DNA of 57,110 bases from Burkholderiales bacterium (GTDB lineage Bacteria > Pseudomonadota > Gammaproteobacteria > Burkholderiales > SG8-39). The translations under genes and the position numbers were made by a program. The stretch is from NCBI GenBank assembly GCA_020845995.1, contig JADLES010000172.1, forward strand, positions 1 through 57,110, in the 5' to 3' direction. The notes beneath the pieces are model-generated. The model searched no databases, had not been told where the DNA came from, and saw only the letters and a program-made list of their open reading frames with translations. This document shows, piece by piece, positions 26,788-37,243 of the stretch; the first letter of the stretch is position 1; every line of letters begins with the position of its first letter.

Positions 26788-27232
26788 GATGGCGGTGGAG
26801 ATCTACGCCGACGGCGCCTGCCGGGGCAACCCCGGGCGCGGCGGCTGGGGGGTGATTCTTCTTTTCAATGAAAACAGAAAAGAACTGTACGGCGGCGAGA
26901 TGCGGACCACCAACAATCGCATGGAGCTCACCGCGGTGATCGAGGGTCTGCGCGCGCTGCAACGGCGCTCCCGGGTGCGCGTTTACACGGACTCGCAGTA
27001 CGTGCAGAAGGGTATTTCGGAATGGATCCACGGCTGGAAGCGGCGGGGCTGGCGCACCGCGGACAGGAAGCCGGTCAAGAACGAGGATCTCTGGCGCATG
27101 CTGGATGACGCGGCGCGCGCGCATGAGGTCGAATGGCACTGGGTGAAGGGCCACGCCGGCCATCCGGAGAACGAGCGCGCGGACCTGCTCGCCAACCAGG
27201 GCATCGACCGGGCGGTGGACGATGGCCGCTAG
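26780..27232 (+). CDS. rnhA: ribonuclease HI
   Basis: Starts at [19 protein letters not shown]. Also present are TNNRMEL, DSQY and the C-terminal [11 protein letters not shown]. Confidence 0.9.
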   Translation: MTEMAVEIYADGACRGNPGRGGWGVILLFNENRKELYGGEMRTTNNRMELTAVIEGLRALQRRSRVRVYTDSQYVQKGISEWIHGWKRRGWRTADRKPVKNEDLWRMLDDAARAHEVEWHWVKGHAGHPENERADLLANQGIDRAVDDGR

Positions 27233-27932
27233 GCAGATCGTCCTCGATACCGAGACCACCGGCCTGCACGCGCGCCTGGGCGACCGAGTGATCGAGATCG
27301 GCTGCGTCGAGCTGCTCGGCCGCGGCGTCAGCGACCGGCACTTCCACCGCTACCTCAACCCGGAGCGCGCGATCGAAGAGGGCGCGGCCAAGGTGCACGG
27401 CCTGAGCGACGAATTCCTGGCCGACAAGCCCAGGTTCGCCGAAGTGGCCGGCGACTTCGTCGAATACGTCGCCGGCGCCGAGCTGATCATCCATAACGCG
27501 GCCTTCGACGTCGAGTTCCTCGACCAGGAACTGGCGCTCGCGGGCAGGAAAAAGCTCTCCGAGTACTGCCCCTCGGTCGTCGACACGCTGGCGATGGCGC
27601 GCGAGCTGCACCCGGGCAAGCGCAACGGCCTGGACGCGCTCTGTGAGCGCTACGGGATCAGCAACGCCCACCGCACGCTGCATGGCGCGCTGCTCGATGC
27701 GCGCCTGCTGGCGGAGGTCTACCTCGCGCTCACGCGCGGGCAGGACAGCCTGGCGATGGACCTCGCGCCGGCCGGCGAGGCGGCCGCCGCGGCGGTGCGC
27801 GTCGACGCGAGGAAGCTGACGGTGCTGCGCGCGAGCGCAGAGGAAGCCGCCGCGCACGACAAGATCCTCGACGCCATCGACCGCGCCGCCAAGGACCAGG
27901 GCGGCAGCCTCTGGCGCAAGCTCGTCGGCTGA
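27222..27932 (+). CDS. dnaQ: DNA polymerase III epsilon subunit (3'-5' exonuclease)
   Basis: 236 aa with ExoI VLDTETTG, Exo[10 protein letters not shown] and Exo[17 protein letters not shown]. It overlaps rnhA by 11 nt. Confidence 0.92.
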   Translation: MAARQIVLDTETTGLHARLGDRVIEIGCVELLGRGVSDRHFHRYLNPERAIEEGAAKVHGLSDEFLADKPRFAEVAGDFVEYVAGAELIIHNAAFDVEFLDQELALAGRKKLSEYCPSVVDTLAMARELHPGKRNGLDALCERYGISNAHRTLHGALLDARLLAEVYLALTRGQDSLAMDLAPAGEAAAAAVRVDARKLTVLRASAEEAAAHDKILDAIDRAAKDQGGSLWRKLVG

Positions 27933-27974
27933 GCGGGCGAGCGGAGCGCCCATTGGGGCTATACTTTTGACGCC

Positions 27975-29624
27975 ATGAACGTTCGTTCGAACGCCTTCGA
28001 GACGGACCTCGACAGGAACGCCGCCAACTATGCCCCGCTGACGCCGCTGTCGTTCATCGAGCGCGCGGCGTACGTGTACCCCAGGCGGCTGGCGGTGGTC
28101 CACGGCGCGCGCCGCTACACCTGGGCGCAGACGTACGCCCGTTGCCGGCGGCTCGCATCGGCGCTGTCCGGGCGCGGTGTCGGCGCGGGCAGCACGGTGG
28201 CGGTGATGCTGGCGAACACGCCGGAAATGATCGAGTGCCACTTTGGCGTGCCGATGACCGGCGGGGTGCTGTTGTCTCTCAACACAAGGCTCGACGCGGC
28301 GGCGATCGCCTTCATGCTCGATCACGGCGAGGCGAGGCTGCTCATCACGGACCGCGAGTTCTCGCCTACAGTGAAGGCGGCGCTGGCGTTCGCCAAGGCG
28401 AAGCCCGAGGTGATCGACGTCGACGACGCCGAGTTCGCCGGGCCAGGCGCGCGGCTGGGCGAGACGACCTACGAGGAACTGCTCGCCGGGGGCGACCCGG
28501 CGTTCGACTGGAAATGGCCCGCCGATGAGTGGAACGCGATCTCGCTCAATTACACTTCCGGCACGACCGGCGACCCGAAAGGCGTCGTCTATCACCACCG
28601 CGGCGCGTATCTCAACGCGGTCTGCAACATCGTCAGCTGGGGCATGCCGCAGCACTCGGTGTATCTGTGGACGCTGCCGATGTTCCACTGCAACGGCTGG
28701 TGCTTTGCCTGGACGATGGCGGCCAACGCCGGTACCAGCGTCTGCCTGCGCAAGGTCGAGGCGGCGAAGATCTTCGAGCTGATCAAGGCGCACAGGGTGA
28801 CGCACTACTGCGGCGCGCCGATCGTGCACGCGACGCTGATCAACGCGCCCGAGGAGATGAAGCAAGGCATCTCGCACAAGGTCCACGGTATGGTCGCGGC
28901 GGCCGCGCCGCCCGCGGCGATGATCGAGGGCATGGAGAAGCTCGGCTTCGAACTCACGCACGTCTACGGCCTCACCGAGACCTACGGTCCGGCCACCGTC
29001 TGCGCCAGGCAGGAGGAATGGAGCGCGGTCGATCTCGCTGAGCGCACGCGGCTGAATGGCCGGCAGGGCGTGCGCTACCTGATGGAGGAAGGCTTGAGCG
29101 TCATGGACCCGGGGACGATGCAGCCGGTGCCCGCCGACGGCGAGACCATGGGCGAGATCATGTTCCGCGGCAACATCACCATGAAAGGGTACCTGAAGAA
29201 CCCCTCGGCGACGCGCAAGGCGTTCGCGGGCGGCTGGTTCCACTCGGGCGACCTCGCGGTGCTGCAACCCGACGGCTACGTGAAGATCAAGGACCGCTCC
29301 AAGGACGTTATCATCTCGGGGGGCGAGAACATCTCCTCCCTCGAAGTCGAGGACGTGCTTTATCGGCATCCCGCGGTGGTCGCCGCGGCCGTGGTGGCGA
29401 TGCCCGATGACAGGTGGGGCGAGACGCCCTGCGCCTTCGTCGAATTGAAACCCGATGCCAGAGTGAAAGAACAGGAGATCGTGGATTTCTGCCGCGCGCA
29501 CCTGGCGAAATTCAAATCGCCGCGCGCGGTGGTGTTCGGCGAGCTGCCGAAGACCTCCACCGGCAAGATCCAGAAGTTCCTGCTGCGCCAGAAGGCGAAG
29601 TCCGCCAGCGCCATCGATTCCTAG
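27975..29624 (+). CDS. AMP-dependent acyl-CoA synthetase/ligase
   Basis: 549 aa with the AMP-binding motifs YTSGTTGDPKG and GWFHSGD..., and the C-terminal lysine context TSTGKIQK. Confidence 0.9.
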   Translation: MNVRSNAFETDLDRNAANYAPLTPLSFIERAAYVYPRRLAVVHGARRYTWAQTYARCRRLASALSGRGVGAGSTVAVMLANTPEMIECHFGVPMTGGVLLSLNTRLDAAAIAFMLDHGEARLLITDREFSPTVKAALAFAKAKPEVIDVDDAEFAGPGARLGETTYEELLAGGDPAFDWKWPADEWNAISLNYTSGTTGDPKGVVYHHRGAYLNAVCNIVSWGMPQHSVYLWTLPMFHCNGWCFAWTMAANAGTSVCLRKVEAAKIFELIKAHRVTHYCGAPIVHATLINAPEEMKQGISHKVHGMVAAAAPPAAMIEGMEKLGFELTHVYGLTETYGPATVCARQEEWSAVDLAERTRLNGRQGVRYLMEEGLSVMDPGTMQPVPADGETMGEIMFRGNITMKGYLKNPSATRKAFAGGWFHSGDLAVLQPDGYVKIKDRSKDVIISGGENISSLEVEDVLYRHPAVVAAAVVAMPDDRWGETPCAFVELKPDARVKEQEIVDFCRAHLAKFKSPRAVVFGELPKTSTGKIQKFLLRQKAKSASAIDS

Positions 29625-29636
29625 AGAGGCCAACCC

Positions 29637-30431
29637 ATGAGCGCCGTCCCGAAATCGGAAGAGCCGCTGCTGCTGCGCGAGGACCGCGACGGCATCGCCA
29701 CGCTGACCCTGAACCGTCCGCAGCAGATGAATCTGCTCACCTCGGGGATGCTGAATGCCCTGCAGCTCGCGCTGGAGGACATCGCCACCAGCAAGGACAT
29801 CCGGGTGGTGGTGCTCGCCGCGACGGGCAGGGGGTTCTGCGCCGGGCACGACCTGAAGGAAATCCGCGAACTGCGCGAGCAGCCCAAGATCGCCGACCTC
29901 TTCGCCAGGTGCAGCGCGATGATGATGTCGATCCAGGGCCTGCCGCAGCCGGTGATCGCGAAAGTGCAGGGCGCCGCGGCCGCCGCGGGCTGCCAGCTGG
30001 TCGCGCAATGCGACCTGGCCGTCGCCGCGGAGAACGTCAAGTTCGTCACCTCGGGCGTAACCTGGGGGTTCTTCTGCTCGACACCTGGCGTCGCCGTCGG
30101 CCGCAACCTGCAGCGCAAGCACGCCATGGAGATGCTGCTCACGGGCGAGCCGATCGACGCGCGGCGCGCGCTCGAGTGGGGCCTCGTCAACCGCGTCGTC
30201 CCCGCCGAGCAGCTGGACGCCGAGGTGCTGCGCCTCGCGTCGACGATCGCCTCCAAGCCCCCAAATACGATCTCGGCGGGCAAGCGCGCGTTCTACCTGC
30301 AGATGGACATGGACCTCACGCGCGCCTACGAGCTCGCGGGCGAAGTCATCTCCTCCAGCTTCGCGCACGCCGAAGGCCAGGCAGGGATGGAGGCCTTCAT
30401 CGAAAAGCGGCCGCCGCCGGGAAAGAAGTAG
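29637..30431 (+). CDS. enoyl-CoA hydratase/isomerase (crotonase) family protein
   Basis: 264 aa with the oxyanion-hole region GRGFCAGHDLKE and ...GAAAAAGCQLV... Confidence 0.88.
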   Translation: MSAVPKSEEPLLLREDRDGIATLTLNRPQQMNLLTSGMLNALQLALEDIATSKDIRVVVLAATGRGFCAGHDLKEIRELREQPKIADLFARCSAMMMSIQGLPQPVIAKVQGAAAAAGCQLVAQCDLAVAAENVKFVTSGVTWGFFCSTPGVAVGRNLQRKHAMEMLLTGEPIDARRALEWGLVNRVVPAEQLDAEVLRLASTIASKPPNTISAGKRAFYLQMDMDLTRAYELAGEVISSSFAHAEGQAGMEAFIEKRPPPGKK

Positions 30432-30449
30432 CTGAAGCCCTGCCTGATC

Positions 30450-31313
30450 GTGCGCAACCCGACCGCCGGGCGCGGCCGCGCGCGACGAGAATGGCGCAGC
30501 ATCCGGCGCCAGATGGACGATGCGGGCATTGACTTTGACGAGGTTTTAACTTCGCGGCCCGGCGAAGCAGCCGAAATCGCGCACAGGGAAGCATCAGACT
30601 ACGAGTCCGTGGTCGCGGCGGGTGGCGACGGCACCGTCCACGAAGTGGTGAATGGCCTCATATGCGCCGGTTCGCCGACAGCCCTCGGCGTGATTCCCCT
30701 GGGCAGCGGGGACGATTTCGCGAAGTTGCTGGCGGGCGATTTCCTTTCCCGCTTGGCCAATCCGAGGCAGAAGCGGTTCGACGTCGGCCGCATCGTTTCC
30801 GGTTCGCAGTCCCGCTATTTCGCCAACGGCATGGACATCGGCTTCGGCGCGCACGGCGCGCGCAACGTGCGCCGGGTACCTGGGTTCCTGACCGGATTCG
30901 GCGCCTACCTCGGCGCGCTCGCGCTGACCATGCTGCGCTACCCGCTGCTGGAAATCCGCCTGCAGCTCGACGATGCGCCGCCCATGGAGGTGGTCACCGC
31001 GATGACGGCGGTGATGAACGGCACCACCTTCGGCGGCAGCTTCCGCGTCACGCCCGAAGCCCGCCCCGACGACGGGCTGCTCGACCTGCTGATCGTGGAC
31101 GCGGTCGGGCGGATCGGCATCCTGCAGCTGGTGCCGAAGATCCTGAAGGGCGCGCACGCCGGCGACCCGCGCCTGCGCCTGGCGCGGGCGCGGCGCTTGC
31201 GCGTCGAATCCGCGGCGCCGCTGCTCGTGGAGGCGGACGGCGAGATTGCCTTCGAGAACGCCCGCCAGCTGGAGGTCGAAGTGCTGCCCGGCGCGCTGCG
31301 GGTGCTCGCCTAG
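30450..31313 (+). CDS. diacylglycerol/lipid kinase family protein (YegS/BmrU-like)
   Basis: It has the GGDGTVHEVVNGL motif. The GTG start is at 30450. The family N-terminus (LIVRNPTAG) suggests the true start may be the CTG at 30432. Confidence 0.8.
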   Translation: MRNPTAGRGRARREWRSIRRQMDDAGIDFDEVLTSRPGEAAEIAHREASDYESVVAAGGDGTVHEVVNGLICAGSPTALGVIPLGSGDDFAKLLAGDFLSRLANPRQKRFDVGRIVSGSQSRYFANGMDIGFGAHGARNVRRVPGFLTGFGAYLGALALTMLRYPLLEIRLQLDDAPPMEVVTAMTAVMNGTTFGGSFRVTPEARPDDGLLDLLIVDAVGRIGILQLVPKILKGAHAGDPRLRLARARRLRVESAAPLLVEADGEIAFENARQLEVEVLPGALRVLA

Positions 31314-31327
31314 TAAAATTGGCGCCC

Positions 31328-32083
31328 ATGGGGGGGGAGATCATTCTCGAGACGAAGGGCCTGACCAAGGAGTTCAAGGGCTTCGTCGCGGTCCAGGATG
31401 TGTCGCTGCGGGTGCGCCGCGGCAGCATTCACGCGCTCATCGGCCCGAACGGCGCGGGCAAGACCACCTGCTTCAACCTGCTCACGCATTTCCTCGAGCC
31501 CACGCGCGGCCAGATCTTCTACAACGGCCGCGAGATCACCGGCGCGAGCCCGGCAAGCATCGCGCGCATGGGGCTCGCGCGCTCCTTCCAGATCTCGGCG
31601 GTGTTCCCGCACCTGTCGGTGCTGGAGAACGTGCGCATCGCGCTGCAGAGGAAGCGCGGCGGCTCGTTCGACTTCTGGCGCAGCGGGCGGGTGCTCGAGC
31701 AGCTCAACGGCAAGGCGCGCGAGCTGATCGAGGCGGTCGGCCTCGCGCAATTCGAGGCGACGGCGGCGGTCGAGCTGCCCTACGGGCGCAAGCGCGCGCT
31801 GGAGATCGCCACCACGCTCGCGCTCGAGCCCGAGATGATGCTGCTCGATGAGCCGACCGCGGGCATGACGCACGAGGACGTCGAGCGCATTTCGGCGCTC
31901 ATCCGCAAGGTCGCGGTCAACCGCACGGTGCTGATGGTCGAGCACAACCTGTCGGTGGTCCAGCACCTCTCGGACCGCATCACGGTCCTGCAGCGCGGCG
32001 AGATCCTCGCCGAGGGCGACTACCAGTCGGTGTCGCAGAATCCGGACGTGATCCAGGCCTACATGGGGGCGAGCCATGGTTGA
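31328..32083 (+). CDS. livG: branched-chain amino acid-type ABC transporter ATP-binding protein (LivG-like)
   Basis: 251 aa with Walker A GPNGAGKTT and Walker B LLLDEPTAGM. Confidence 0.88.
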   Translation: MGGEIILETKGLTKEFKGFVAVQDVSLRVRRGSIHALIGPNGAGKTTCFNLLTHFLEPTRGQIFYNGREITGASPASIARMGLARSFQISAVFPHLSVLENVRIALQRKRGGSFDFWRSGRVLEQLNGKARELIEAVGLAQFEATAAVELPYGRKRALEIATTLALEPEMMLLDEPTAGMTHEDVERISALIRKVAVNRTVLMVEHNLSVVQHLSDRITVLQRGEILAEGDYQSVSQNPDVIQAYMGASHG

Positions 32084-32786
32084 GGCCGCCGCGCTGCTCG
32101 CCGTGGAGGGGCTCAACGCCTGGTACGGAGAGTCGCACATCCTGCACAGCGTGAAATTCGACGTGAAGGCCGGCGAGGTGGTCACACTGCTCGGGCGCAA
32201 CGGCGCGGGCAAGACCACGACGCTGAAGTCGGTGATGGGCATGGTCGACAGGCGCGCCGGCTCGGTGGCCTACCTGGGCAAGCAGCTCACGGGGCTGTCG
32301 TCGTACCGCATCGCGCGCCTGGGCATCGCGCTCTGCCCCGAGGAGCGCGGCATTTTCTCCAGCCTCAACGTCGAGGAGAACCTGCTGCTGCCGCCGCAGG
32401 TCGCGCCGGGCGGCCTGTCCATCGAGCGCATCTATGAGCTGTTCCCGAACCTGAAGGAGCGGTTGAAGAGCCAGGGCACCAAGCTCTCCGGCGGCGAGCA
32501 GCAGATGCTGGCGATCGGCCGCATCCTGCGCACCGGCGCCAAGCTGCTGCTGCTCGACGAGCCGACCGAGGGCCTTGCGCCGGTGATCGTGCAGCAGATC
32601 GGCCGCACCATCGCGCGCCTGAAGGCCGAGGGTTTCACGATCCTGCTCGTCGAGCAGAACTTCCGCTTCGCGGCGACGGTCGCCGACCGGCACTACGTGA
32701 TGGAGCACGGCAGGGTGGTGGACATGATTCCCAACGCGCAGCTCGATGCCAGCATGGGCAAGCTGCACGAGTACCTGGGTGTGTAG
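32076..32786 (+). CDS. livF: branched-chain amino acid-type ABC transporter ATP-binding protein (LivF-like)
   Basis: 236 aa with Walker A GRNGAGKTT, signature LSGGEQQML and Walker B LLLDEPTEGL. Confidence 0.88.
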   Translation: MVEAAALLAVEGLNAWYGESHILHSVKFDVKAGEVVTLLGRNGAGKTTTLKSVMGMVDRRAGSVAYLGKQLTGLSSYRIARLGIALCPEERGIFSSLNVEENLLLPPQVAPGGLSIERIYELFPNLKERLKSQGTKLSGGEQQMLAIGRILRTGAKLLLLDEPTEGLAPVIVQQIGRTIARLKAEGFTILLVEQNFRFAATVADRHYVMEHGRVVDMIPNAQLDASMGKLHEYLGV

Positions 32787-32813
32787 CAACAAACCTTTCA
32801 CAGGAGAGCTGCA

Positions 32814-34022
32814 ATGAAAATGAAGCGCACCATCATCGCCGCGGCCCTTGCCGCGCTGGCCGGCACGGCCGGCGCGCAGGTGTCCGACGGCGTCGTCAAG
32901 ATCGGCGTGATGAACGACATGTCGAGCCTGTATGCCGACATCGGCGGGCCGGGCTCGGTGGTCGCCGCCAAGATGGCGGTCGAGGACTACCTGAAGGCGA
33001 CCAAGAGCAAGCTGAAGGTCGAGGTGCTCGCCGCCGACCACCAGAACAAGCCCGATGTCGGCTCGCAGATCGTGCGCCAGTGGATCGACGTGGACAAGGT
33101 GGACGCGATCGCCGACGTGCCGACCTCGTCGGTGGCGCTCGCGGTGAGCGAGGTCGTCAAGCAGAAGGGCAAGGCCTTCCTGATCACCGGCGCGGCTTCC
33201 TCCGACCTGACCGGCAAGGCCTGCTCGCCGAACAGCGTGCACTGGCTGTACGACACCTGGATGCTCGCCAACGGCACCGGCAGCGCGATCGTCAAGACCG
33301 GCGGCGACACCTGGTTCTTCATCACCGCCGACTACGCCTTCGGCCACGCGCTGGAGCGCGACACCGAGGCGGTGGTGCTGAAGAGCGGCGGCAAGGTGGT
33401 CGGCAAGGTGCGCGCGCCGCTCAACACCCAGGACTTCTCCTCGTTCCTGCTGCAGGCGCAGTCCTCGAAGGCGAAGATCATCGGCCTGGCGAACGCGGGC
33501 GGCGACACCATCAACTCGATCAAGCAGGCGGCCGAATTCGGCATCGTCAAGGGCGGACAGAACCTCGCGGGGCTGCTGGTGTTCATCACCGACGTGCACG
33601 GCCTCGGGCTGGACAAGGCGCAGGGCCTGATCTTCACGGAAGCCTGGTATTGGGACCTGAACGAGGCGAGCCGCGCCTGGACCAAGCGCTTCGTGGCGGC
33701 CAACAAGGGCAAGTACCCGAGCATGGACCACGCCGGGGTGTACGCCGCGGTGCTGCACTACCTGAAGGCCGTGGACGCGGCCAAAACCGACGACGGCACC
33801 AAGGCGATCGCGCAGATGAAGAAGATGCCGACCGACGATCCGCTGTTCGGCAAGGGCCGCATCCGCGAGGACGGGCGCAAGATCCACAACGCGTACCTGT
33901 TCGAGGTGAAGAAGCCCTCCGAGTCGAAGTACCCGTACGACTACTACAAGCTGCGCGCCACCATCCCGGCCGACCAGGCGTTCCGGCCGGAGAAGGAAGG
34001 CGGCTGCCCGCTGGTGAAGTAG
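32814..34022 (+). CDS. ABC transporter substrate-binding protein (LivK/amide-type periplasmic binding fold)
   Basis: 402 aa with signal peptide MKMKRTIIAAALAALAGTAGAQV and the N-terminal motif VKIGVMNDMSSLYAD. Confidence 0.88.
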   Translation: MKMKRTIIAAALAALAGTAGAQVSDGVVKIGVMNDMSSLYADIGGPGSVVAAKMAVEDYLKATKSKLKVEVLAADHQNKPDVGSQIVRQWIDVDKVDAIADVPTSSVALAVSEVVKQKGKAFLITGAASSDLTGKACSPNSVHWLYDTWMLANGTGSAIVKTGGDTWFFITADYAFGHALERDTEAVVLKSGGKVVGKVRAPLNTQDFSSFLLQAQSSKAKIIGLANAGGDTINSIKQAAEFGIVKGGQNLAGLLVFITDVHGLGLDKAQGLIFTEAWYWDLNEASRAWTKRFVAANKGKYPSMDHAGVYAAVLHYLKAVDAAKTDDGTKAIAQMKKMPTDDPLFGKGRIREDGRKIHNAYLFEVKKPSESKYPYDYYKLRATIPADQAFRPEKEGGCPLVK

Positions 34023-34041
34023 CCGGGACGGGGTGGGGAGC

Positions 34042-34929
34042 ATGACCGAGATCTTCGGCGTCCCGACGCAGGCGCTGTTCGGGCAGCTGCTGATCGGCCT
34101 CATCAACGGGTCGTTCTACGCGCTGCTCTCGCTCGGGCTCGCCGTGATCTTCGGTCTGCTCAACATCATCAACTTCACGCACGGCGCCCAGTACATGATG
34201 GGCGCCTTCCTCGCCTACATCCTCGCCAACAAGGCGGGCCTGGGCTACTGGTGGTCGCTCGCGCTCGTGCCGTTGCTGGTGGGCGCGTTCGGCATCGCCA
34301 TCGAGCGCAGCATGCTCAAGCCGCTCTACAAGCTCGATCATCTGTACGGGCTGCTGCTCACCTTCGGCCTCGCGCTCGTCATCCAGGGGTTGTTCAGGAA
34401 CGAGTACGGCACCTCCGGGCTGCCGTACGCGATGCCGGCGGAACTCGCGGGCGGGCGCAACCTCGGTTTCATGTTCCTGCCCAATTACCGCGCCTGGGTG
34501 ATCGTCGCCTCGCTCGCGATCTGCCTCGGCACCTGGTTCGTGATCGAGAAGACCAAGCTCGGCTCCTACCTGCGCGCGGCGACCGAGAACCCGGCGCTGG
34601 TGCAGGCCTTCGGCATCAACGTGCCGCGCATGATCACGCTCACCTACGGCTTTGGCGTGGCGCTCGCGGCGCTTGCCGGCGTGATGGCGGCGCCGATCTA
34701 CCAGGTCAGCCCGCAGATGGGCGCCGATCTCATCATCGTCGTCTTCGCGGTGGTGGTGATCGGCGGCATGGGATCGATCATGGGCTCGATCCTCACGGGC
34801 TTCGGCCTGGGCGTGATCGAAGGACTCACCAAGGTGTTCTATCCCGAGGCCTCGAACACCGTGATCTTCGTGATCATGGCGATCGTGCTGATGATCAAGC
34901 CCGCCGGCCTGTTCGGGGCCCAGAAATGA
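34042..34929 (+). CDS. livH: branched-chain amino acid ABC transporter permease (LivH-like)
   Basis: The ATG at 34042 is preceded by GGGGAG; the track GTG at 34033 is the alternative. It is polytopic with the motif NFTHGAQYMMGAF. Confidence 0.86.
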   Translation: MTEIFGVPTQALFGQLLIGLINGSFYALLSLGLAVIFGLLNIINFTHGAQYMMGAFLAYILANKAGLGYWWSLALVPLLVGAFGIAIERSMLKPLYKLDHLYGLLLTFGLALVIQGLFRNEYGTSGLPYAMPAELAGGRNLGFMFLPNYRAWVIVASLAICLGTWFVIEKTKLGSYLRAATENPALVQAFGINVPRMITLTYGFGVALAALAGVMAAPIYQVSPQMGADLIIVVFAVVVIGGMGSIMGSILTGFGLGVIEGLTKVFYPEASNTVIFVIMAIVLMIKPAGLFGAQK

Positions 34930-34945
34930 GCCGCGGGGGGCGGCA

Positions 34946-35872
34946 ATGATGCCGCGCTCGCAGCGCAACGCGCTGGCGCTGATGGCGGCGTTCTTCCTCG
35001 CCGCGCCGCTGGTGGTCTACCCGGTGTTCCTCATGAAGGCGATGTGCTTCGCGCTGTTCGCCTGCGCGTTCAACCTGCTGATCGGCTTCGGCGGGCTGCT
35101 GTCCTTCGGCCATGCCATGTTCCTCGGCACCGCCGGCTACGCCGCCGCGTACTCGGCCAAGTCCTGGGGCTTCGCGCCCGAACTGGCGATCCTGTTCGGC
35201 ACCGCCTGCGCGGCGCTGCTGGGCCTCGTGACCGGCCTGATCGCCATCCGCCGCCAGGGCATCTACTTCGCGATGACCACGCTCGCGCTGGCGCAGATGG
35301 TCTACTTCTACTACCTGCAGGCGCCGTTCACAGGCGGCGAGGATGGCATCCAGGCGGTGCCGCGCGGCATGCTGTTCGGCTTTATCGACCTGAAGAACGC
35401 CTGGGCCATGTACGGCACGGTGTTCGTCATCTTCATGGCCGGGTTTCTCCTCGTCTACCGCGCGATCCATTCGCCGTTCGGCCAGGTGCTGAAGGCGATC
35501 CGCGAGAACGAGCCGCGCGCGCTCTCGCTCGGCTACGACGTGACCCGCTACAAGCTGCTCGCCTACCTGCTTTCGGCGACGCTGGCGGGCCTCGCGGGCG
35601 CGACCAAGGCGCTCGTGTTCCAGCTCGCCTCTCTCACCGACGTGCACTGGACCATGTCCGGCGAGGTGGTGCTGATGACCCTGCTGGGGGGCCTGGGCAC
35701 CGTGTTCGGCCCCGTGGTCGGCGCCTTCATCATCATCACGATGGAGAACTACCTCGCCCAGCTCGGCGCCTGGGTCACCATCGCCCAGGGCGTCATCTTC
35801 GTGATCTGCGTGCTTACCTTCCGTCGCGGCGTGATCGGCGAGCTCGGCAACTGGCTGAAAAAGCCGCTGTAG
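34946..35872 (+). CDS. livM: branched-chain amino acid ABC transporter permease (LivM-like)
   Basis: 308 aa, polytopic, with the motif GLLSFGHAMFLGTAGY. Confidence 0.86.
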   Translation: MMPRSQRNALALMAAFFLAAPLVVYPVFLMKAMCFALFACAFNLLIGFGGLLSFGHAMFLGTAGYAAAYSAKSWGFAPELAILFGTACAALLGLVTGLIAIRRQGIYFAMTTLALAQMVYFYYLQAPFTGGEDGIQAVPRGMLFGFIDLKNAWAMYGTVFVIFMAGFLLVYRAIHSPFGQVLKAIRENEPRALSLGYDVTRYKLLAYLLSATLAGLAGATKALVFQLASLTDVHWTMSGEVVLMTLLGGLGTVFGPVVGAFIIITMENYLAQLGAWVTIAQGVIFVICVLTFRRGVIGELGNWLKKPL

Positions 35873-35881
35873 CCGCCGCCA

Positions 35882-36123
35882 TTCAGTTCGAGGACTGGAT
35901 CCCCGCGCGCTGCGCGAGTTCGACCAGTTCCGCCGTGCTCGAAGCAGCGACCGCCGGATTGACGAACAAGCCGTTCTGGAAGCGGGTGTAGAGACCGATC
36001 GTCGAGCGGGCCGCCGGGCGGGAACGGCACGACAAGCTTCACCGGGCGTGCGGGGTACGTTTCCCGCGCCACGGCGGGCAGCGCAAGCGGAACAAACAGG
36101 AGCATCAAGAGAAGCTTGTGCAT
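35882..36123 (-). pseudogene. decayed Bug/TctC-family binding-protein gene (N-terminal ~44 codons plus an out-of-frame internal piece)
   Basis: The frame from the ATG at 36123 reads MHKLLLMLLFVPLALPAVARETYPARPVKLVVPFPPGGPLDD. A second frame reads ...LFVNPAVAASSTAELVELAQRAG..*, which resembles the mid-region of the intact Bug paralogs here. The total is ~240 nt versus ~960 nt for an intact gene. Confidence 0.5.
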
Positions 36124-36280
36124 GGCATGGACCCCTTCGACGGTCTACGGGCTTGTCGATCGGCTGGCAATTTGCGCGCGATCGATCTTGATCGTCGGGC
36201 ATTCAACGGTCCGATGGTTGCGAAACGGCGCGTGGACTTCGCCCGTGACGCGCCTATGATGTCGTCATGGCGGCTGTCCC

Positions 36281-37243
36281 GTGAGCGACCGACTTCCCCG
36301 GTTCAAGGCCGCCGCCGTGCAGGCGGCGCCGGTATTTCTCGACCGCGAAGCGAGCGTCGACAAGGCCTGCCGGCTGGTCGAGCAGGCCGCCGGCAACGGT
36401 GCGCAACTCGTGGTGCTGCCCGAGGTCTTCATCCCGGGCGGGCCCTACTGGGCATGGCACATGAGCATGCGCAAGGCGCTGCCCTTTTCCGCGGAGCTGT
36501 TTCTCAATTCGGTCGAACTGCCTGGCGAGGCGGCGGCGCGGCTCGGGGACGCGGCGCGCCGCGGCGGCTGCTACCTGGTGGTGGGCGTCAACGAGCGCGA
36601 GCGCAAGAGCCTGTACAACACGCTGCTGTATTTCGGCCGCGACGGGAGTCTGCTCGGCAAGCATCGCAAGCTCAAGGCGACCGGGGCGGAAAAGCTGGTG
36701 TGGGGCGAAGGCGACGGCAGCACCCACCGGGTGTACGACACGGAACTGGGTCGCATCGGCGGATTGATCTGCGGCGAGCACGCGCAGGTGCTGCCCGGGT
36801 TCGTGCTCGGCGCGATGGGCGAGCAGATCCACATCGCCTCGTGGATCGGGTTCGCGTTCGCGGACACCACGCTCACCGAGATCTGCTCGCGCTACCACGC
36901 CATTGCCTACAACGCGTTCGTGATCTGCTCGCAGTCGGTGGTCGATGCCAGCATCGGCGCGCGGCTTGGCATCGAGCTCGCGCCGGGCGGGGCGTGGACC
37001 GCGATCATCGAGGCGGGCTCCGGGCGCATCATGGCCGGGCCGCTGGCGCCCGCCGAAGAAGGCATTGTCTACGCCGACATCGACCTCAACAGCGCCGTGC
37101 CGCACTATTTCATCCACGAGGGCACGGGCCACTACTGGCCCAAGCAGTTCCAGGTCCTTTTCGACGGACGCGAGACCAAGCCGGTGCATGTCACCGGCGA
37201 GGCGCACGACACGGTCGTTCCGGAAGACAAGGCAGGCCCGTGA
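36281..37243 (+). CDS. nitrilase / carbon-nitrogen hydrolase family protein
   Basis: 320 aa with a GTG start. The catalytic triad contexts are VLPEVF (Glu), HRKLK (Lys) and GLICGEH (Cys). Confidence 0.85.
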   Translation: MSDRLPRFKAAAVQAAPVFLDREASVDKACRLVEQAAGNGAQLVVLPEVFIPGGPYWAWHMSMRKALPFSAELFLNSVELPGEAAARLGDAARRGGCYLVVGVNERERKSLYNTLLYFGRDGSLLGKHRKLKATGAEKLVWGEGDGSTHRVYDTELGRIGGLICGEHAQVLPGFVLGAMGEQIHIASWIGFAFADTTLTEICSRYHAIAYNAFVICSQSVVDASIGARLGIELAPGGAWTAIIEAGSGRIMAGPLAPAEEGIVYADIDLNSAVPHYFIHEGTGHYWPKQFQVLFDGRETKPVHVTGEAHDTVVPEDKAGP

